Origin: Vicinamibacteria bacterium | GTDB taxonomy: Bacteria > Acidobacteriota > Vicinamibacteria > Marinacidobacterales > Marinacidobacteraceae | Direction: 5' to 3' | Assembly: GCA_963555995.3 (NCBI GenBank) | Contig: OY821641.1 | Span: 1,696,001 to 1,760,000, forward strand | DNA: 64,000 nt | In this document: positions 61,204 through 64,000 of the stretch, piece after piece | Layout of the letters: every line of letters begins with the position of its first letter | Numbering within the stretch: the first letter of the stretch is position 1 | Notes under the pieces: generated by a model | The model's input: the letters and a program-made list of their open reading frames with translations, nothing else | What the model was told of the DNA's origin: nothing | Database searches by the model: none | Made by a program: the position numbers and the translations under genes

Positions 61204-62496
61204 CTAGCGAGCCCCGCTCCGGCGGGTCAGGACCCGCGCCGCCGCCCGCGCCCGGTCCGCAACTTCGCTGTCTTCGTCCTCGCCGACCTCCTGGAGCCCG
61301 GGAATCGCGTCCGGGTCGCCGAGGCGTTCCAGCAGCGCGATGAGCTCGAGCCGGATCTCCCGGTCCGGGTCGCCCAGATAGCGCAGGAACTCGTCAAGGT
61401 GATCGGACGCGAGCTCCAATCCGTACTGCCGGGCGGTCTCGCGCAGGCGGCGGTCGGAGAGCGAAAGCACCACCCGGTCCACGAAGGGCGCCTGCCCGAG
61501 CCGCACCAGCGCGAAGCAGAACGCGAGCTGCACCCGGGAGTCCTCCTCGCGAAGGAAATCCCGGATCAGGCCGTCCACGAGCGTCGGGTCGTCCAGCCGG
61601 CCCAGTCCCTCGGCGGCGTACTCGCGGCGGCGCGCGTCGCGGCTCGAGAGTTCGTGGTAGAACGTCCCCCGGGCCTCGGCGGCCCCGATCCTGGCGAGCC
61701 CTTCGAGGGCGTCCCGCGCGAGATCGTTCCCCGGGTCGCGGTCGTAGATCGCCAGCAACGCCGGCGTCGCGGCGGGGAAGGCCATCCGCCCCAGCGCCCG
61801 GACGACGTGCCGCTGAAGGTCCGCGTCCTCCACCATCGCGAGCAGGCTCTCCCCGGCCGCTTCGGTCCCGATCGCGCCCAGGGACTCCACCGCGTTCCGC
61901 CGCACTTCGCCGTCCGTGTCGCCGGCGGCGCTGCGTGCGAGCGGGGCCGCCGCCGCGGTCGCGCGCAGCGCCCCGAGCGCCTCGGCGGCGAGCCTCCGAT
62001 TCTCGGTTTCCTCGTCATCGAGCCGGGCGGCGAGGGCATCCACGATCGCGGGTTCCACGGGCCGCAGCGGATCGAGCGCGAATTCCTGTTCCCGCCGCAG
62101 CAACCAGTCCACCGCGCGCTCCGTTCGGCCCGCGGGAGGTTCCCGGCGGTGGATGTCCACGAGTCCCCCGATGGCGCCGCGGCGATGCGCGGGAACTTCA
62201 TCCTCGAGCAGGACGATCAGGCCCGCCGCGGCATCGGGCCGGCGGACCGCCGCCAGCGCCTCCAGCACCGCACGCCGCACGTCGCGGTCGGCATCGCGCG
62301 CCGCGGGGAGAAGCGCCGCCACCGCCTCGGCCGAGCCGTCTTCTCCGAGCGCGCGCGCCGCGTCGCGGCGGGTCCGGACATCGCGGCTCTCCAGCCGGGC
62401 GGCCAACTCCTCGACATTCGACTGCGCCGGCGCGAGCGTCGCGGCGCCGGCGAGGAGAGCGAGAGCGACCCCGATTGCGGCGGGGCGCTCCCGCAT
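61204..62496 (-). CDS. Secreted HEAT-repeat protein
   Basis: Repeated 'D.D..VRR.A.EALG' units. Confidence 0.85.
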   Translation of the reverse strand: MRERPAAIGVALALLAGAATLAPAQSNVEELAARLESRDVRTRRDAARALGEDGSAEAVAALLPAARDADRDVRRAVLEALAAVRRPDAAAGLIVLLEDEVPAHRRGAIGGLVDIHRREPPAGRTERAVDWLLRREQEFALDPLRPVEPAIVDALAARLDDEETENRRLAAEALGALRATAAAAPLARSAAGDTDGEVRRNAVESLGAIGTEAAGESLLAMVEDADLQRHVVRALGRMAFPAATPALLAIYDRDPGNDLARDALEGLARIGAAEARGTFYHELSSRDARRREYAAEGLGRLDDPTLVDGLIRDFLREEDSRVQLAFCFALVRLGQAPFVDRVVLSLSDRRLRETARQYGLELASDHLDEFLRYLGDPDREIRLELIALLERLGDPDAIPGLQEVGEDEDSEVADRARAAARVLTRRSGAR

Positions 62497-64000
62497 CAGC
62501 GGTCCTCCCCGCCGGTGGTCCCGGCCAGGTACGCCTCGGGATCGCGGAGCAGCAGCGCCGCCCGCGGCATCGCCTGGAGCGCCGCGGTGATCTGCGGGTC
62601 GCGGTCCATGGTCGTCTCCCGGGAGGCTCCCGGTCCCCAGAGGAGGCTGAAGACCTCGCCTTCGATGCGGAGCGCCACCGCGTCGCGATGCCGCTCCAGT
62701 CCCTCCCGGTCGTGCGGGATCCGCTCCTCCGACAGGAAATCGAAGAACTCCGCGAGCGTCGCATCGTCCACGCGGAAACTCTGATCCACCGCCCGGATCA
62801 GGTCACCGCGCGCCTGGAGCTCGTCCGGGCGGGTGCCCGCCCCGTCCACCGCCCCGCGGCCGTCCGCCGGGACGAACCGGGTGGCGAAGCGGAAGAAGGC
62901 CCCGTGCGCTTCGACATCCACCAGGACGCCGGGGAACTCCGGCGCGGCGATCTCGATGTCGGGCGCCACCCCTCCCCCGCCCCGGATCTCCCGCCCCAGC
63001 CCGGTCAGCACGACCGTCCCGGCCTCGTCGTTCGATTCGCGTTCTCCCCGATCCTGGAAGTACGCGAGGAAGTCTCCCGAGTCGTAGTCCCGCTGGAGCC
63101 GGCGGCCGCTCGGCGTGAAGTACTCCGCGGAAGTGAGGCCCAGCGCGTAACCGTGCTTCAACTGAAAGACCGACTGGACGAGTCCCTTGCCGTAGGTGTT
63201 CTCCCCGAGGATCAGCCCGCGGTCGTGATCCTGGATGGCGCCCGCGACGATCTCGGATGCGGAGGCGCTCTCCCGGGAGACGAGCACGATCACGGGGAGA
63301 TCGCTGTAGGGACTGGGCTCTTCGGCATGGAAGACCTGGTCGTTTTCGGAGTGGCGTCCGCGGATCGAAACGATTTCCTGGTGCTGCTTCAGGAACACGT
63401 TGGAAACGGCCACCGCCTGGTTCAGGAGTCCGCCCGGGTTGTGGCGAAGGTCCACCAGCAGGCGGTCCGCCCCGGCGAGGCGGAGTTCCCGGATGGCGTC
63501 GCGCAGCTCGCCGTCGGTGTTCTCGTTGAAGTCCGAGACCCGCACGTAGCCGGTCTTCTCGGACCCGGCGGGCTCGTCGAGCACGAAGTAGTAGGGAACG
63601 CTCTTGAGCGGGATCCGGTCCCGGATCACCGTGAAGTCCAGCGGGGCGTCGTAGCCGGGCCGGGTGATGGTGATGCTGACCGGCGTTCCTCTCGGACCCC
63701 GGAGCAGGTTCACCGCGTCGTCCATCGTGTACTGCGTCGCGTCCTCGCCCTCGATCCGGGAAATCACGTCACCCGCCCGAATCCCGAGCCGGTACGCCGG
63801 GGTCCCCTCGAACGGCGAGACCACGGTCAGGAGGCCGTTCTGGTGCTGCACCCGGATCCCGAGCCCGACGTAGCCTCCCTGCTGCCGCTCCCGCATCTGG
63901 CGGTAGTTGCGGGGAACGAAGAGGTTCGAATGGGGGTCGAGCCGGGCGAGCATCCCGGACACCGTCGCCCGCGTCAGGGTCTCCGGGTTGATTTCGCGGG
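62496..64000 (-). CDS. S41-family carboxy-terminal processing protease (5' end outside window)
   Basis: 'LDPHS', PDZ 'GLGI...GIRAGDVI', 'DLRHNPGGLL', 'SASASEI', 'TYGKGLVQ'. Confidence 0.92.
   Translation of the reverse strand, partial: REINPETLTRATVSGMLARLDPHSNLFVPRNYRQMRERQQGGYVGLGIRVQHQNGLLTVVSPFEGTPAYRLGIRAGDVISRIEGEDATQYTMDDAVNLLRGPRGTPVSITITRPGYDAPLDFTVIRDRIPLKSVPYYFVLDEPAGSEKTGYVRVSDFNENTDGELRDAIRELRLAGADRLLVDLRHNPGGLLNQAVAVSNVFLKQHQEIVSIRGRHSENDQVFHAEEPSPYSDLPVIVLVSRESASASEIVAGAIQDHDRGLILGENTYGKGLVQSVFQLKHGYALGLTSAEYFTPSGRRLQRDYDSGDFLAYFQDRGERESNDEAGTVVLTGLGREIRGGGGVAPDIEIAAPEFPGVLVDVEAHGAFFRFATRFVPADGRGAVDGAGTRPDELQARGDLIRAVDQSFRVDDATLAEFFDFLSEERIPHDREGLERHRDAVALRIEGEVFSLLWGPGASRETTMDRDPQITAALQAMPRAALLLRDPEAYLAGTTGGEDR

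Overview
High-GC bacterial chromosomal segment. The gene content (Acidobacterial-type VWA protein, DUF4159/MoxR/VWA locus, argS-lepB-bshC, spondin lipoprotein) suggests an Acidobacteriota-like organism; this is an inference. Most of the window is housekeeping or envelope genes: hflKC, a 9-gene MoxR-VWA-DUF4159 locus, a di-haem peroxidase, yitJ-like, argS, lepB, bshC, a DAACS symporter, metH, msrA, a catabolic operon, a TlpA-like protein and an S41 protease. Positions ~2.3-13.4 kb are an accessory island. It holds an intact IS1634-family element inserted in a CTAG stop codon, a phased 15-bp repeat array, an ISL3 relic, a DUF6602-like nuclease and an XRE-ImmA/IrrE regulator with a broken HEXXH motif. 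It also holds a tightly coupled DNA methyltransferase / GHKL(MORC-like) ATPase / second SAM-dependent methyltransferase operon with no restriction nuclease (the best candidate for an uncharacterised defence or modification system), plus vapBC and hicBA. A perfect 24-bp inverted pair of one REP variant brackets the 9-kb cargo. REPIN-like elements are scattered through the intergenic spaces, and a 181-bp TA-flanked structured MITE with compensatory base changes occurs three times in tandem at 58.2-58.8 kb. I recognised no tRNA, rRNA or CRISPR array. All family assignments come from motif recognition by eye, not from database searches.
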